A stretch of 63,586 nt of DNA, filler included, from Atractiella rhizophila (taxonomy: Eukaryota), in the NCBI GenBank assembly GCA_021432655.1. It is 9 parts of 7 records of this genome, joined end to end, with 100 filler letters (N's around TTAATTAATTAA, not from the genome) between each part and the next. Parts side by side here need not be neighbours in the genome. Positions count along the whole stretch, not along the records: positions 30,428 to 50,585 come from MU271203.1; positions 50,686 to 51,823 come from MU271213.1; positions 51,924 to 54,462 come from MU271213.1; positions 54,563 to 56,984 come from MU271215.1; positions 57,085 to 58,222 come from MU271215.1; positions 58,323 to 60,079 come from MU271223.1; positions 60,180 to 62,160 come from MU271224.1; positions 62,261 to 63,586 come from MU271245.1; 1 more part is not named here. One strand, 5' to 3'. The notes under the pieces are model-generated. The model was given only the letters and a program-made list of their open reading frames with translations. It had not been told where the DNA came from and did no database searches. Shown here piece after piece: positions 48,001 through 62,632 of this stretch. The position numbers and the translations under genes are program-made. Position 1 is the stretch's first letter. Each line of letters opens with the position of its first letter.

Positions 48001-48268
48001 CGTAGCCATCGTTTCTGGTTCTGACAAAACAAAGGAGGTTCTCATCGACCAGATCAAGGACGCGCTCAAACATGTCAAAGGGATTACCAAAGTCTCTATA
48101 GCAGCGACTTTGAAGGATTCCGCGACCAAGCTGAAGAAGTCGGAAGGCGGCATGTGGAAGGTGAACGACGAGGTTCTTGTACGTTCTCTTCGTACCATTT
48201 TAAGATGAGAGTTAATCATTATCCAGCAGAAAATGTATCCCCCTAACCTCACACCAACCTCCTCGTAG
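45063..48268 (+). CDS. RLF2: Chromatin assembly factor 1 large subunit (Cac1/Rlf2), multi-exon
   Basis: KER-rich coiled coil, then KYLQFHDRRKPGYYG-TW...RPRRPF...YEYDSDDD plus an acidic tract (CAF1A domain) and a C-terminal winged-helix-like segment (ISKVSI/WKV type). Confidence 0.8.
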
Positions 48269-48582
48269 TCTTAACACCATCGAGATACTTTTGTACCTTC
48301 GTATTTCGCGCTTCTCGCTTTGAGTACCTTATTGCATCCGAGCAATATTACCTTTATCTACCCACCATCGCTCACATTCAAAATCATACTTGGAATGTAA
48401 ATCTGCATCTTTCACAACCAAAGAAGTGGCAGACGATTACTGGGCAGTTGTGCGTTGATCTTACCAGCATTTGAGATGTCGAGTTGCAGTTGCTCGAACC
48501 TTTAGGTTTGGATTTGCTTGTGCATCTCAATACTAGATAACATCCATAGTGTACAATGTCTGAGAATAAATCGATGGTTCGT

Positions 48583-50585
<2,003 letters not shown>

Positions 50586-50685
50586 NNNNNNNNNNNNNNN
50601 NNNNNNNNNNNNNNNNNNNNNNNNNNNNNTTAATTAATTAANNNNNNNNNNNNNNNNNNNNNNNNNNNNNNNNNNNNNNNNNNNN
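50586..50685. other. Artificial contig-joining linker
   Basis: 44 N + TTAATTAATTAA + 44 N. Confidence 0.97.
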
Positions 50686-51823
50686 TTCGTTGGTCCGTCA
50701 TCTGCTGAGATTGCATGGGTGGGATCTTTTCCCACCTGTAGCCATTGGCACTGCGTCCTGGCTGTTGATTTGGGCCACTCCCGAAATTTTGAATTCCCTC
50801 TTGGACTATTTAGCAAAATCTAAGCTAGGAGTCGAAGGGGGAGAGCAAAGTAGAGGTTACTTTTCCGCCTCGACGTTTTGATCACCCAGCTGATACAGAT
50901 CGATAGGGTGGAAGCTTGCGGTTGGATACTTAGGCGTCTTGGTTGTGCAAACATCCATACTCCAGTATGCTGCCTACTTTTACTGGAAACATAACAACTG
51001 ATCTGTATTTCTGTAGTGCCGGTATCTCATACATGTTGCCAACACTCATGCAAATGCGGATCGGGATCATGGGAGCCGTTTATCGCAAGAGCTTCAGACT
51101 CTCGCCAGCAGAGTTCGGGAAGCGGTCTATGGGAGATTTGTGTAATCATATCGTCGTCGATGCCGAGCGCTTTATCGATGGTAAGGTTTCCTCTATGCCC
51201 CTCGGGAGGTATTTACTAGAAATTTGTAAGAATGGGGGAACAATCTGCCAGTTTTACTCTCAGTAATTCCTTAACTTGCCCTAGGGTATTACACCATATA
51301 TCAGGTGAGTCTCACCTCACGAACAAGGACGAATTTATGAACCGCTTCGATTGTAGCAACTCGGATGGGTGACCTTCCTAGGTGAGGAGTTGACTTTTCT
51401 CGTAGAGTGCCAAGCCTAACTCTTGAAGGTTGCGGATGGGTTGTCCTCAATTTTTGTATATTCGTACGATCTTCTACTCTCATCCCATCAGACCTCACAT
51501 TAGTGCTCAGACGCCTCCCGCGGCATTTGCTCTCATGCGAAGCTTGGATCAGATGCTGAAGTCCTCTGACAAGATGAATTCAGTCATTGAGGAATGTATC
51601 CTCGGAATCCAATCCATAAAGGTGCGCCAACATGCTACACTGCACTCCTCTCCCGCGCGACGTTAACGGGACGGTCCGTTAGTTTAATGCTTGGGAGAAA
51701 CCGATGATGAAGAAGATCTTGGAGCTCAGGAAGAAGCAGATAGAAGCGTTCCCTCTCCTCGCAGCAGGGGTCTCTATCATCTTCACGACTAGCACCGCAT
51801 CGAGCACATTCGCTCAGATTATC
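50686..51823 (+). CDS. ABCC/MRP-type ABC transporter fragment (first transmembrane domain)
   Basis: MRIGIMGAVYRKSFRLS...GDLCNHIVVDAERF, SDKMNSVIEECILGIQSIK and NAWEK; partial at both ends. Confidence 0.7.
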
Positions 51824-51923
51824 NNNNNNNNNNNNNNNNNNNNNNNNNNNNNNNNNNNNNNNNNNNNTTAATTAATTAANNNNNNNNNNNNNNNNNNNNN
51901 NNNNNNNNNNNNNNNNNNNNNNN
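51824..51923. other. Artificial contig-joining linker
   Basis: 44 N + TTAATTAATTAA + 44 N. Confidence 0.97.
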
Positions 51924-52869
51924 TCAGCTCCACTGGTATCTCAACCCATGGCCTTTTCTTTGGTGTCCTCGTCGTCCTACTTCCACTGTACATCTTCACC
52001 ATAATTTACATTCAGGCAAGCGCTCGGTGTGTAGACTGTTGCGGCTGACTGCTTTGCTCATTTCACCTTTCAGATCCATACGACGCTTAGATGCGGGACG
52101 CACTCGTGCTCCTTTATACGCGATTTGTTCAGAAACCTTTCAGGGAACGAGTAGCATTCATGCGTTGAAATTGGAGGACCGGTACATGGAAGAGTTCCAC
52201 CGCCGTGTCAATCGCAACGCAAGGGCGAAATACGCGCAGACTTCATCCAGCTATTACATGGTTTATCGGTTGGTGAGTAGTTGATATTTGAGGGGACTGC
52301 ATAACGAGTCTGTGGACCTGTAGGACATCTTGAGCGCTGTGGCGGTCTTCTGTGGAGCAGCCTTCGTTGTTTTGTTGCACAAGAGTATTTCGCTGACCTT
52401 TGCTGGTAAGTATCTTGCGCCATAGAATGGTTCACGGCTCACTTAAAGGTTTGACAAGGTATCACAATGTCGTCTTTGTCTGGCACATCCCGTCTTTTAG
52501 GAACTCTAGCGGCCATGTTTGTGACGCTCGAGAACGATGCTGTGCATGTGGAACGTGTGGTTCGTCTTCAGTTTACGTCTGAGTCTCACCTTTGTGGCTT
52601 CCTCACTTTCTGCACAGTTTGAGCAGCTCGAACTACCTGCAGAACCGCCGTTCCATAGAGATCTGGATGAAAAACTCCACAAAGAATGGCCACAGAGAGG
52701 AGAAGTCCGATTTGAAGGATATTGCACAAAGTACCGCCCTTCTTTGCCACTGGCGCTAAAGGACGTTTCGATGACTATTCAAAGCGGGGAACGTGTTGCA
52801 ATCGTGGGACGCAGGTCAGTTGGATTTCCGTTAACCCAGTCAAGGCTCACTAAATGCCGTTCGAACAGC
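51924..52869 (+). CDS. ABCC/MRP-type ABC transporter fragment (TMD2 to the start of NBD2)
   Basis: SIRRLDAGRTRAPLYA..SETFQG.SSI, LENDAVHVER and WPQRGEVRFEGYCTKYRPSLPLALKDVS..I..GERVAIVGR. Confidence 0.85.
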
Positions 52870-52930
52870 NNNNNNNNNNNNNNNNNNNNNNNNNNNNNNN
52901 NNNNNNNNNNNNNNNNNNNNNNNNNNNNNN
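52870..52930. other. Intra-scaffold N gap (61 N, no linker motif)
   Basis: Plain run of N. Confidence 0.95.
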
Positions 52931-53161
52931 TGGAGGCGTCGCGACGTGCCAAATTGTTTGTACTCCCGCTCCTGTTCCCGCCTTCCCGCTTCCCGTTTCT
53001 CACATCTCACCAGAGACCCCTTTTTATACACTTTCTTCGACCATTTCTTTCTTCATTCTCTCAAGAGTATCCCACCATTCATCCATTTGCTAGTTACTTC
53101 TTCTTCAGCTCTGCGCCGACAAACATAGTGATCCAACATAAGCCCCAAACACCCCCCTTAT

Positions 53162-53828
53162 ATGATGCAAACACCCATGATGATACCCCTTCAATCGACC
53201 GGCCAGTCAGCTGCTTACCATTACGACGGAAGGGGATATTGGTATCGAAGCTTGTGCACTTGCAGCTGCAAATGTTGTATTGGCTTCTTCTTTCCATGTT
53301 GCATCTATGTACGTATATTCTTCGAATTCTCTCCCACTTAGCTATAAGGTGGATACTGACCATTTATGTTTAATGGTAGGGAGAAAATGTCAGCCGTCTC
53401 AGTCACATGGACGCGACGAGGAGGCCTCACCCCGATGGTGGGAGGATGTGTGGAGAAGGCTGTTGTCGCTTCTTCTGCCTGTCCCTAATCTGCATGAGCT
53501 GGAGCCTTCAGGTTCGTTTATCCCACCGCTTACCATTTCCAACGTTTCTCGTCCAGTCACGGTGCTGAGTGGAGTGGGAACAGTATAGTCAGAGAAGGTA
53601 CCTTCGTTCAAGATATGGCATTAGCGGCAACTGCTGCACGGATTGTTGTGCCGTTTGCTGTTGTGGCGCCTGCTCGTTGGCTCAAGAGTCGGCACAGATT
53701 GGACTTGAGGAAGGAGAGATCAGGAGGGTTACTCAGATCAATCAGGTCTGTCTTGGTACCTGTAAAGGTCAGCACACTGATCCTGTCGAGGGCAGCAACC
53801 CATGGCGAGAAGACCAATGATGTACTGA
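53162..53828 (+). CDS. PLAC8-family cysteine-rich protein, 4 exons
   Basis: Spliced WYRSLCTCSCKCCIGFFFPCCIY-GENVSRL...SWSLQ-YSQRRYLRSRYGISGNCCTDCCAVCCCGACSLAQES fits the PLAC8 pattern. Confidence 0.8.
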
Positions 53829-54462
53829 CATTCAGCAGAGTTGAACACTTGATTTCTTGGGCTATCCTGTATTATATTGGTATAATCCTGTCACCTCAAT
53901 GCCATGTCGCAACATTAACGGGCTTGAGCCCAAAAGGGTTCAAAAGCCACAAACGTCCCAGCCAGCCAGAAATCTGATTTATACGAAGTCGAATGAGACG
54001 GGAAGTAATATATGTTCACGTTTTGTGTCATTCCAGTTGTAAACTGAGACTCTAAAATTACAGTATTCCGATTCCCCTTCAACAAAGAAGACAGCCAGTC
54101 GGCAGCCTACGATCCTGAGACAGCGCTAGAAGACAGGAAGATGACAATGTTTCGCACCCCATACTGAGTACTCGTGAATTCATGAACCATCCTCGAGCCT
54201 CAAAGGCGGGAGAAGAGGATTGGAGTGTTCCGAAGCGACATCCACCCCGCGGGCGGAAGTTGAAGACTGCAGACTGCAGACTGCGCATCACTCCGCTGGT
54301 TCACCACAATCTGTTCCGACGCAATGGCTGGAATAAAAAGAGCCCTGGGAGTTCATCTCTGCAATACTCCTTACAGTTTCTCGTGCTCAGGTTTGAAAGC
54401 AGATGGTGACCCTGGGTCTCCCTTCCGTCTGGAACGCGTTGCTTGCATCGTCGTCCATCAAG

Positions 54463-54562
54463 NNNNNNNNNNNNNNNNNNNNNNNNNNNNNNNNNNNNNN
54501 NNNNNNTTAATTAATTAANNNNNNNNNNNNNNNNNNNNNNNNNNNNNNNNNNNNNNNNNNNN
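54463..54562. other. Artificial contig-joining linker
   Basis: 44 N + TTAATTAATTAA + 44 N. Confidence 0.97.
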
Positions 54563-56112
54563 AGACTCTTCCCAACTTGTCGAACATCACGCTTGTCCAT
54601 CTTCTCTAGACCCTTCATGAAGTTGACTGAACCGTCGTATCCAAACTCTTCAATTTCCTCCTCAAGTCCTGAAAGACGGACGACCCACTCGTGACATTTT
54701 GAGGCGAGTTTGTACTGGGAGATCTCGTCGTAAAGTCGAGCGAGTTTGAGAAGAACACTTGTGTCTGAATAGCCTGTTGATATGAAAGCGCGAGTGTAGG
54801 CGTGTGTTGCAGAAAGGTAACTGTTCCATCCAGACTTAGCGTAGGACGAATAGAATGGAGGCAGAATCTACTCTCTCACGGCCATGTATGCTTCTCCTAA
54901 AGCCACCCACACGTTCTTTTCGGTAGACCTTTGCGCGGCATCCGGTCAGGTTATGTCAGGAGGTGAAACGGAAATCATACTTAATGCTTGTTGCGCGCTG
55001 ATAATAGTAAATGCCCGCAAACGGCATCTCTAGAATTTGATGCGTCTACTCGAGCTCGCGTCAGTGCTCGCCAGGGAAAAAAGGGAACACCCTACAGATC
55101 CTAGGAAGTTCCAAGCGGAATACCTCATTTCATCCTCTGCCACAATGCCCCTGAGCTTTTCGAGCAGCTTAGTTGTCTCCTTAAGCTCAATCAGACTTTG
55201 GCACTCTAGTTCTTTTGCGTCAATATATCCTGGTTCTAGCAGAGCGACCCTTTCGAAAGTCTGAGCAGCATGCCGTTCCATTTGAAGGGAGGCATAGTAT
55301 TCACCTAAGTCTCTGTTAGCCTGTTCGGAAATGCAGAGGTGTCAAAAGAAGATGCACCAAGCAAGCATAAATCGTCGACGTCGCCAGGATCTAGAGTTCG
55401 CCGCTCCACGAGCATTGCGAGTTCTCGCTTGGATTTGAGGATGAATAAGCTCTGAGCGTAGGTCCTCAGCTCCGTTCTTCGATGCGGATTCGCTTCGAAA
55501 AGGCTTTCAAATATCACATTTGCTTTCTCGAACTCTAACATTGACCCGTTAGGAACCTGGAGCCAGAAAGAAAAACTATTGCGCACCTTTGCGTTGATAA
55601 AACATGACAGCAGTTTTTTCACGAAGCCATTCGAAATTTGGGAAGAGGGAAGTAAGCGAATAAACCATGGAAACAATGGAGTCGTGCTCTGCAGCTTTGC
55701 GAAGCTGAAGACAAGAGGCGACATTGAAAAACTGGGTCATGACTGTATCTTCTGTCGATGGAAGGTGGGCTTGGATGCTCGCCAGCTAATTCTCTCTGTC
55801 AGCATACGGTCGACCGTAAACGAGAGTTCGAATAACTTGAGGACAGCTTGGCTGAGGTACTAGAAGGATTAGCGGCGAGCCTTCACCTTTCGACACCTAT
55901 CTTCCGAGAGTGAAGCTTCGTTGCGCAGGGTAGGTGACTGTAAGAAGTGGTAGCTTTAAACCGTAAGTAGATGTGATAAGGGTCGACATCGGGACCTCAA
56001 AGTACCGCCTACGAAGAGAGTCCAGGATGCAGGCCAGGAAGCTTTTCGCTAAGCGGAGACGAAGAGGATGCTCGAGTTGTTTAGCCGCTTCAAAGACCCG
56101 GTTGACGATCAT
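54563..56112 (-). CDS. TPR protein resembling APC/C subunit Cdc23/APC8 (divergent), 3' partial; start uncertain
   Basis: FESLFEANPHRRTELRTYAQSLFILKSKRELAML, FERVALLEPGYIDA, YSAWNFLG, VWVALGEAY and LLKLARLY occur in Cdc23-like order. Confidence 0.55.
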
Positions 56113-56984
56113 AGAAATGGTGCTTGCTCGTGACGACTTCTCGCATGTTTACAATTCCTAGGACTCTTTTCTCTGCTCCTCTCTCGAAAACTCTCGAAAC
56201 ATCCGTTATTTCTTATGCGATCTCGACGTAAAACCAATTTGTCGTTCTTCTGCCTACTCGTTCTACTGGAACACGAAATAGCATGTTAAACCCGGTCCAC
56301 CGTCCAAACAGAGTAGGGTACCGTAATACACAGCAAAGACACAAAAGAGGGCTCGAGAAATAATAAAGCCTTTCTGCAGCAAGGGTTGTCCGGTAGTAAA
56401 CTCGCGCCAACCCTTGCGCAGGGGAGCTGGATAGCGAAGAATAATTAGAAGTCCCATGACAAAGCTTCCTAAAAAGACAAGAAGAACCGAGAAGAAGTTC
56501 AAATTCGTACGGATCGGAGAAACACGTCCTTGTTTATTCGTTGGAGCAGTTGTGACTAGGATGTGACTGACTCCGAGCGGACTGTGGTCCGCGTAGAGTT
56601 TTCAAACGGTAAGGCCTCGGGCGATCTCAGTTGTTAGGGGAGCTTTTGCCCGTCGCAGCTGGTACTTAGACAGCGTCGGTTTGATTACCGTCTCTAAGGT
56701 CTCCTGCGATGTTTGGGCAAAAACGAGATGTACAGACGTGTCAAAGACAGGGAGAGGCCACTTGCGACTGTACAGACATCCGCGCGAAAGAACAACTACG
56801 TATAAGGACTCCTGCTCGAACCAAGAGGACTTTTACAGCTGTGGTAAGCTAACATGCGCTAACCGTGTAACACGCTATCAGATTTTCCCTTAGGAATGTT
56901 AACCCTACGTACCCTGTACGAGTTTTGCGAACAGTTTTGACTTTGTCTCCAATAAACGAACACAGTGTTATCACTAAATTGTCA

Positions 56985-57084
56985 NNNNNNNNNNNNNNNN
57001 NNNNNNNNNNNNNNNNNNNNNNNNNNNNTTAATTAATTAANNNNNNNNNNNNNNNNNNNNNNNNNNNNNNNNNNNNNNNNNNNN
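56985..57084. other. Artificial contig-joining linker
   Basis: 44 N + TTAATTAATTAA + 44 N. Confidence 0.97.
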
Positions 57085-57357
57085 GTGAGAGACAAAGACG
57101 ACTACGATGACGAAGACAAGACGAGTTTCACAACAATCATCAAGAGCGCAAATGCTGCCAACTTGAAGCAAGGAGTGACCAACTTCTTCGGAATGTTTAC
57201 CAAACGCAGCCCAAATACGGATCGAGAGGTGTTTGAGACAGCTGACGATGGAACGAAAGGATTCGATAGTAGCCCTGATGAAGGCCTCGAGGAAGAACCG
57301 GAGGAAGAGAGCAGTGACGACAATATCCGAAATTTGGTTACGACTCCTTCGCCATAG
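57085..57357 (+). CDS. Acidic C-terminal fragment of an unidentified protein
   Basis: Frame is open from the contig edge, D/E-rich, and convergent with the GT90 fragment. No family recognised. Confidence 0.35.
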   Translation: MRDKDDYDDEDKTSFTTIIKSANAANLKQGVTNFFGMFTKRSPNTDREVFETADDGTKGFDSSPDEGLEEEPEEESSDDNIRNLVTTPSP

Positions 57358-57891
57358 TTGAATGGCCATCTAAGCTATATTGACAGCGTATGCAGGGTCT
57401 CAAACGCGAGAGGTATTTTTGTGCATGTGGCTTCCTTATCACGAAGATTTACGAAAAGCAACGCAACAATCTATTAGATCCTATGTTAACGTGCAATCCA
57501 TTCAACATCATCGGTAACTCTGCTATCATTTGCTGTGTACTCCAAGGTTTGCATAAACGCAGAGGTTTAAACGCGATGGCGTGATTGATTACACTCACGA
57601 GTGCATAGCTGGAAGCACAAGGAGGGCGTAACAACTTCAGGCAATCAATAATGAAGAAAAACCATCCAACCTAACCTGATCTAAAGAATATCTACTTACA
57701 CCCTGAGTTAAAAGAACGAAAGAACCGGACATGCAGATCAAGATACAACACGATTGGTTGGATTGATGAAGAACGACGAAAGGAGCAATAACGTAAGTAG
57801 GGATGATGGCAGCACTGAAGCACTATGCGCTCTATGGAGTGAAGGTATCAAGACCTGAAGGAAAGGGTGAGGACGAGGAGGCAAGAGAACG

Positions 57892-58222
57892 TCATGTCCG
57901 CCGGACTTTGATGAAGTCCAAATCATCAACGAAATCGAATGAGTTATTTTCGTCTCTACTAAGGATGCGACCGTACTCCTAATCGATCGCGAGTGCGACA
58001 TCAGACAAGATAATTAAGGAGGAACAGAGGACAGGGAAGAAGACGCACGAGAACCAAGAGGAACATATATGCTGCCATGTCCTCTCTCCGCCAATAATCT
58101 CTCGCCCACTCCTTTCCTGCCGCCGCAATCTTTGCAGCGTCATTGTCATGACCGTTATCTTCGCCATTCGGGGTGCCAACGAAGTAAGACATGATATCGT
58201 AAAGGTCGGAATAATCCACCTT
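57892..58222 (-). CDS. Glycosyltransferase family 90 (Cap10/Cxt1-like) C-terminal fragment
   Basis: DYSDLYDIMSYFVG...AAKIAAAGKEWARDYWRREDMAAYMFLLVL, an intron, then EYGRILSRD...*. Confidence 0.85.
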
Positions 58223-58322
58223 NNNNNNNNNNNNNNNNNNNNNNNNNNNNNNNNNNNNNNNNNNNNTTAATTAATTAANNNNNNNNNNNNNNNNNNNNNN
58301 NNNNNNNNNNNNNNNNNNNNNN
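58223..58322. other. Artificial contig-joining linker
   Basis: 44 N + TTAATTAATTAA + 44 N. Confidence 0.97.
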
Positions 58323-58779
58323 ATAGCGTTAGTTGCGGTCGAAATGACAAGAAATGAATGGATGTACCCGGTTCATCCTTTTCCTTTCGCTCTGACATCG
58401 ATTTCTGGTCCTTGAAAGTAACTCCTGCCCCAGCGGAGGTTAGGCTCTGCGCAGAAAGCTCAAAATGCGTACCTTCAATCTTCCGATGTTTTTTGAACCG
58501 TTCAACAACTTCGAGGATCTTATCAACTCCATAAACATCACACAAGTGATACACGAGTCCCATGGAGTCCTTCCACAAATAGACCTTGTGGCACGAGATT
58601 AAATCTTTAGCGCGGGACGTCATGGCTTTCGTATAATCGAATAGGGAGTCGAGATAATTGTTCTCTTCTGCAACCACCAAGGAAGCAAGATTGAGGTTTC
58701 TCATGGATTCTGTTGCTGTTATCGACTGTTTGGGTCGGATGTTCGAGGCGTCAATGGGATGTGGCCTCGCTTTAGCCAT
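58323..58779 (-). CDS. 5' part of an unidentified protein-coding gene
   Basis: ATG at 58779 with TATATAA about 55 bp upstream, ~137 open codons, then a probable intron cut by the contig end. Confidence 0.4.
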
Positions 58780-60079
58780 TGGTGAAACAATCAGTCGTGG
58801 TTGACCAAGTTACGGACTGGTGGCCTTGTAAAGTTATATATCCAGTCATCCCTTTGTTTTATTTCACCCCACCGTCGCTTGTTGATAATTTCACAAGGAT
58901 GCAAAGACTTCTTTGTGCGGTAGAAGGAGATTATCGCTTATCAAATTGATAAGAGCCTGTGCAAGACTCAGAAGAGGCATCAAGACTTGTATGTCGGAAG
59001 TCCTCGATCAAATCAGCTTTACTGCTGTTGGTAAGGACCTTTGAAGTCCCATGCGCATCGAATACCATCAAGACGGACGAACTTAAATTTGGCGGAGCAA
59101 GAGCTGCATCCACGAGCAAAACTGCATAAATCAGTGAGACAATCTCATGGCTATTGTCCCTGATGGACGATCTCCTTCCAGCTTCTTCTCACGTGTCTTG
59201 TCCTCTAAGCCAATGTGTATAGACCTGTTAACTTCGTTGGAGCCTTTGGGCCTTAACCTTAAGAGAACAAAGGACTGCCCGAAAATCTCCAAACAAACCT
59301 GACACCTTGTAATCTATTTCTTTGTTGTTACCATGCTTATTCTTGTAACAAGGCTCGTCTGGATTGAAGCTAAGGCGCCAGACTCGAGCGTGCCATTTGG
59401 CGGTATGAAGCAATTAAAGAGAAAGAATCTACCAACATCTCTTCTTCTGAAGCTCGACTGTGGAGCTCGAAGCTCAGGAGATAGCGAAACGAGCACGTTT
59501 ATTTGGTGAAGCAGACATGGAAGCTAGTTGAGCCACAATTATGGAAGGCAACTGAATGTTGGGCGTAAGGTGCGAAGAGTTCCTCGCTCAGAATGTAATG
59601 AAATGAGTACCTGTTGCCTAACAGGGGTCGTTGTCCCAACTTTAGGTCACATAAAGTGGCGTAAACCAACTCACGCCGTATTGGAACTCTTTGCAGCAAA
59701 AGTTTGTAAACCTCGCAGAAGCTGCCGTACCTGTTTGCTGGGACGAAACGCACTTTCAAGTTCACACAAATACCACAGAAACAACCTCACTCCGCGGCTC
59801 TCTCTGATATTGTTTTCGAATCGATACATTTCCCCGATTCCCCGCTTGCTCCTTCCCCGCTGAACCTATTCCCATCTCATCATTGTCGTGCTCATAAAAG
59901 CATGATTCCTGCCCAATTTCCCTGGCGGACCTTCCCGATTTCAGCAGTTTTCCTGATTTTCTTCGTTTGCCGTACGTCATAAACACATAATCTTGAGGAA
60001 ACAAATACGGGCAAACAGCCAAGCTCATAAAAACCGATCAGCTGCCCCTTACCCTTCTCCACAATCTCAGCGTCACGCG

Positions 60080-60179
60080 NNNNNNNNNNNNNNNNNNNNN
60101 NNNNNNNNNNNNNNNNNNNNNNNTTAATTAATTAANNNNNNNNNNNNNNNNNNNNNNNNNNNNNNNNNNNNNNNNNNNN
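60080..60179. other. Artificial contig-joining linker
   Basis: 44 N + TTAATTAATTAA + 44 N. Confidence 0.97.
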
Positions 60180-60987
60180 TTGCCCCTTTCTTTATGGCTC
60201 CAGCGAGATGGACCCTGTCATCGGCATTGAGTTTCTGCAGCATGCGTCATGACTAGAGAAGGAATAGCACATGATAGGTCCTCTGATTTTGGGGTCATTG
60301 ACGAGACGGTATACGCCAACTGACCGGCCTTCAGCGTTATTCTGCGCTCGAAAGGAGCAAAACACATACCGATGCAATAAGCAGGAGGGAAGTTGAGCAG
60401 CTCTTGTGGCTTCAGAAGTTATACGTCACATCATTCCAGAACATTGGAAAAACTACTGGTAAAGCATGTGACGCACCATGATGAAGGGTCTAAAGCTGAG
60501 GATGCACCTAGAAAGGAAGGCTTCGCGTACAGTATTGTAGAGACACTTTCCCGGCCTTGGTTGTTGCCTGAAATAGAGTAAAGGTGTAGGTGACTGGGGC
60601 AGTATCTGGTGAACACCTGAGGGGATGGAAACGGTGTTGCAGCTGGTTTGAGCCAAAAAGAGGAGTGAGATGTCCTTATCGTCAAATGAAGTGGAGGCGA
60701 GTTGAAATGTCGCGGCCGCGGCAAGGGCTTTGCAGGCAGAAGTCACGTGTTGTGTCATTTGTTTCTTCGTGGCGGTCAAAAGTTACTATATAGGAGTCGT
60801 CAGAGTCTGAGTGAACCTCACACAAGTCGAAACCAGTGGAATTGAGTGGGGCTTCAGTAACAGACTCTCATGCCTGCCTAGAAATTTGGTCTCAACACAA
60901 ATGATGGTAGATTTCAAGTTCCTAAATAGGCTTCCAGCCTCTCAACTCCCCATGAAGCAAGTAAACATATTGGGCTCATTGTGCCGC

Positions 60988-61915
60988 TCAACTTTGGCGA
61001 AACCTTCGAAAAAGACGTGATCTCCCATCTTTCAACCAAACATCAGGAGTTAGTTCAAAGGAAGAGAGCGGTAGGCTGACCAGATGTTGCACTGTCGGCC
61101 GGTATACTAACTGTAGCTCGTGCGCTCTTTGCTTTACCAACGCTCCAGGAGAATCGAAGTCGATTCGTGTGCCGTCCACTTGTTGCACATAGTGAAAGAG
61201 TTCGTTACCGTCGAGCGGTCGTCTCAAACTACAGCGATACACTTTGTATTAGACTTTGGCAACGACGCTGGGAAAGAAACGTACAAACGACAAACACATT
61301 CCGCCGCATCCAAGAGAGTCACCCCGCTGTCATTTTCAACCCGCATCACTCCATAACGTTTGTAAGTGAAATTGAACCGTACTATGGGATCTTTGCAGAT
61401 TCCCACCATCGTACAGAAGGCAGGAGGGTGAGATATTAGAGGAGTGAAATCGTCCCGAGAAAGTGTGAAAAGTTGCCATTTTTCTACAGATGCGTAGTTC
61501 GAGGCTGAGATTTCTTTCCCATGCGTAAAATCTGGCTCTTCAGTTAACGGGGAGATGGAACCTAACGTTTTCATAGCATCAGATGGGAGCGAGGCAAACA
61601 GAGTATCAAGCACGAACGAAGATCCAATTCTTGAAGACGTTTGCACAATCCTACTCCTTCGCATCTTTCTAAGTGATGCGCCAATCCACTAGCAACTTCC
61701 CTCCAGTTCAAGCGCGCATACTTCAATGGCCTGCCCAGGCTCGCTTTCGTACAGAGCAATCGCCAGAAATCCTCATCGTAGAATGCTCGGAACTGAGCAC
61801 ATGTCTGGGAGAGCCAGATGTGACTGCTAAAGGACAGAAAACTGGTGCGAAGTAGGAGATGGAGCTCGACGGGGAGAAAAAGGAACGGCGAGCTTTGAAC
61901 CCGCCGAGTGTGCAT
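60988..61915 (-). CDS. F-box protein, 3 exons
   Basis: PFLFLPVELHLLL...LSQTCAQFRAFYDEDFWRLLC (F-box). Introns GTTCGT...TTAG and GTACGT...CTAAT...TGTAG join the three consecutive ORFs. Confidence 0.65.
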
Positions 61916-62160
61916 GGGATCGGAAAGGTGATCAAGTTAAGATTGCACGAAATCAAACTCCTTTTTCCTTTATTGTCGCCGCGAACCCAGGCTTAATCAA
62001 GGCAGACTTGATGTAAGGTTCCGACAAACAGACACTCTGCTGCGGAAGAGAAATTCACGTTCTTTTCGCTCACGCAAAAGTAAAGCTACATCCAGGAGCA
62101 AAGAGACTGGTGAGCAGGTTTCAGAAAAAGTGCGACGAGATTCAAAACTGTGGGGTACGA

Positions 62161-62260
62161 NNNNNNNNNNNNNNNNNNNNNNNNNNNNNNNNNNNNNNNN
62201 NNNNTTAATTAATTAANNNNNNNNNNNNNNNNNNNNNNNNNNNNNNNNNNNNNNNNNNNN
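62161..62260. other. Artificial contig-joining linker
   Basis: 44 N + TTAATTAATTAA + 44 N. Confidence 0.97.
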
Positions 62261-62632
62261 GAGGCCGTATATAGCGCTTTGCACGAGGGCGGGACAGTCA
62301 CGGACCTGGCGAGTTATCTCCAAAGCTTTCCGGTGATGAGGGAGCTCGCTTTGGATGATAGGGATAGAAGTGGGAATGGCGGTAACGGGAATGGTGGTGG
62401 AAATGGGGACACGATGAACATCAAGGAGGAGTTGGGTCTGTAACTGTACAATTTGATTAACATTGGCAATCTTCTTTTCGAACTGGAGCAACGTGCAATG
62501 CAAAAAAACTTGTGATCGTATATTTCAGCACCGGAATAACGTTACAGAATATTGCGTGTGTTACAGACAACCCGAAAGAGGACATGGGAGTAAGATTACA
62601 TATTTACAGTACCAGTACTCTAATCGATATTT

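Noticed and set aside
58900..60079. Fragmented minus-strand ORFs, possibly a decayed gene or transposon
   Set aside because: No recognisable motif, so a call cannot be supported.
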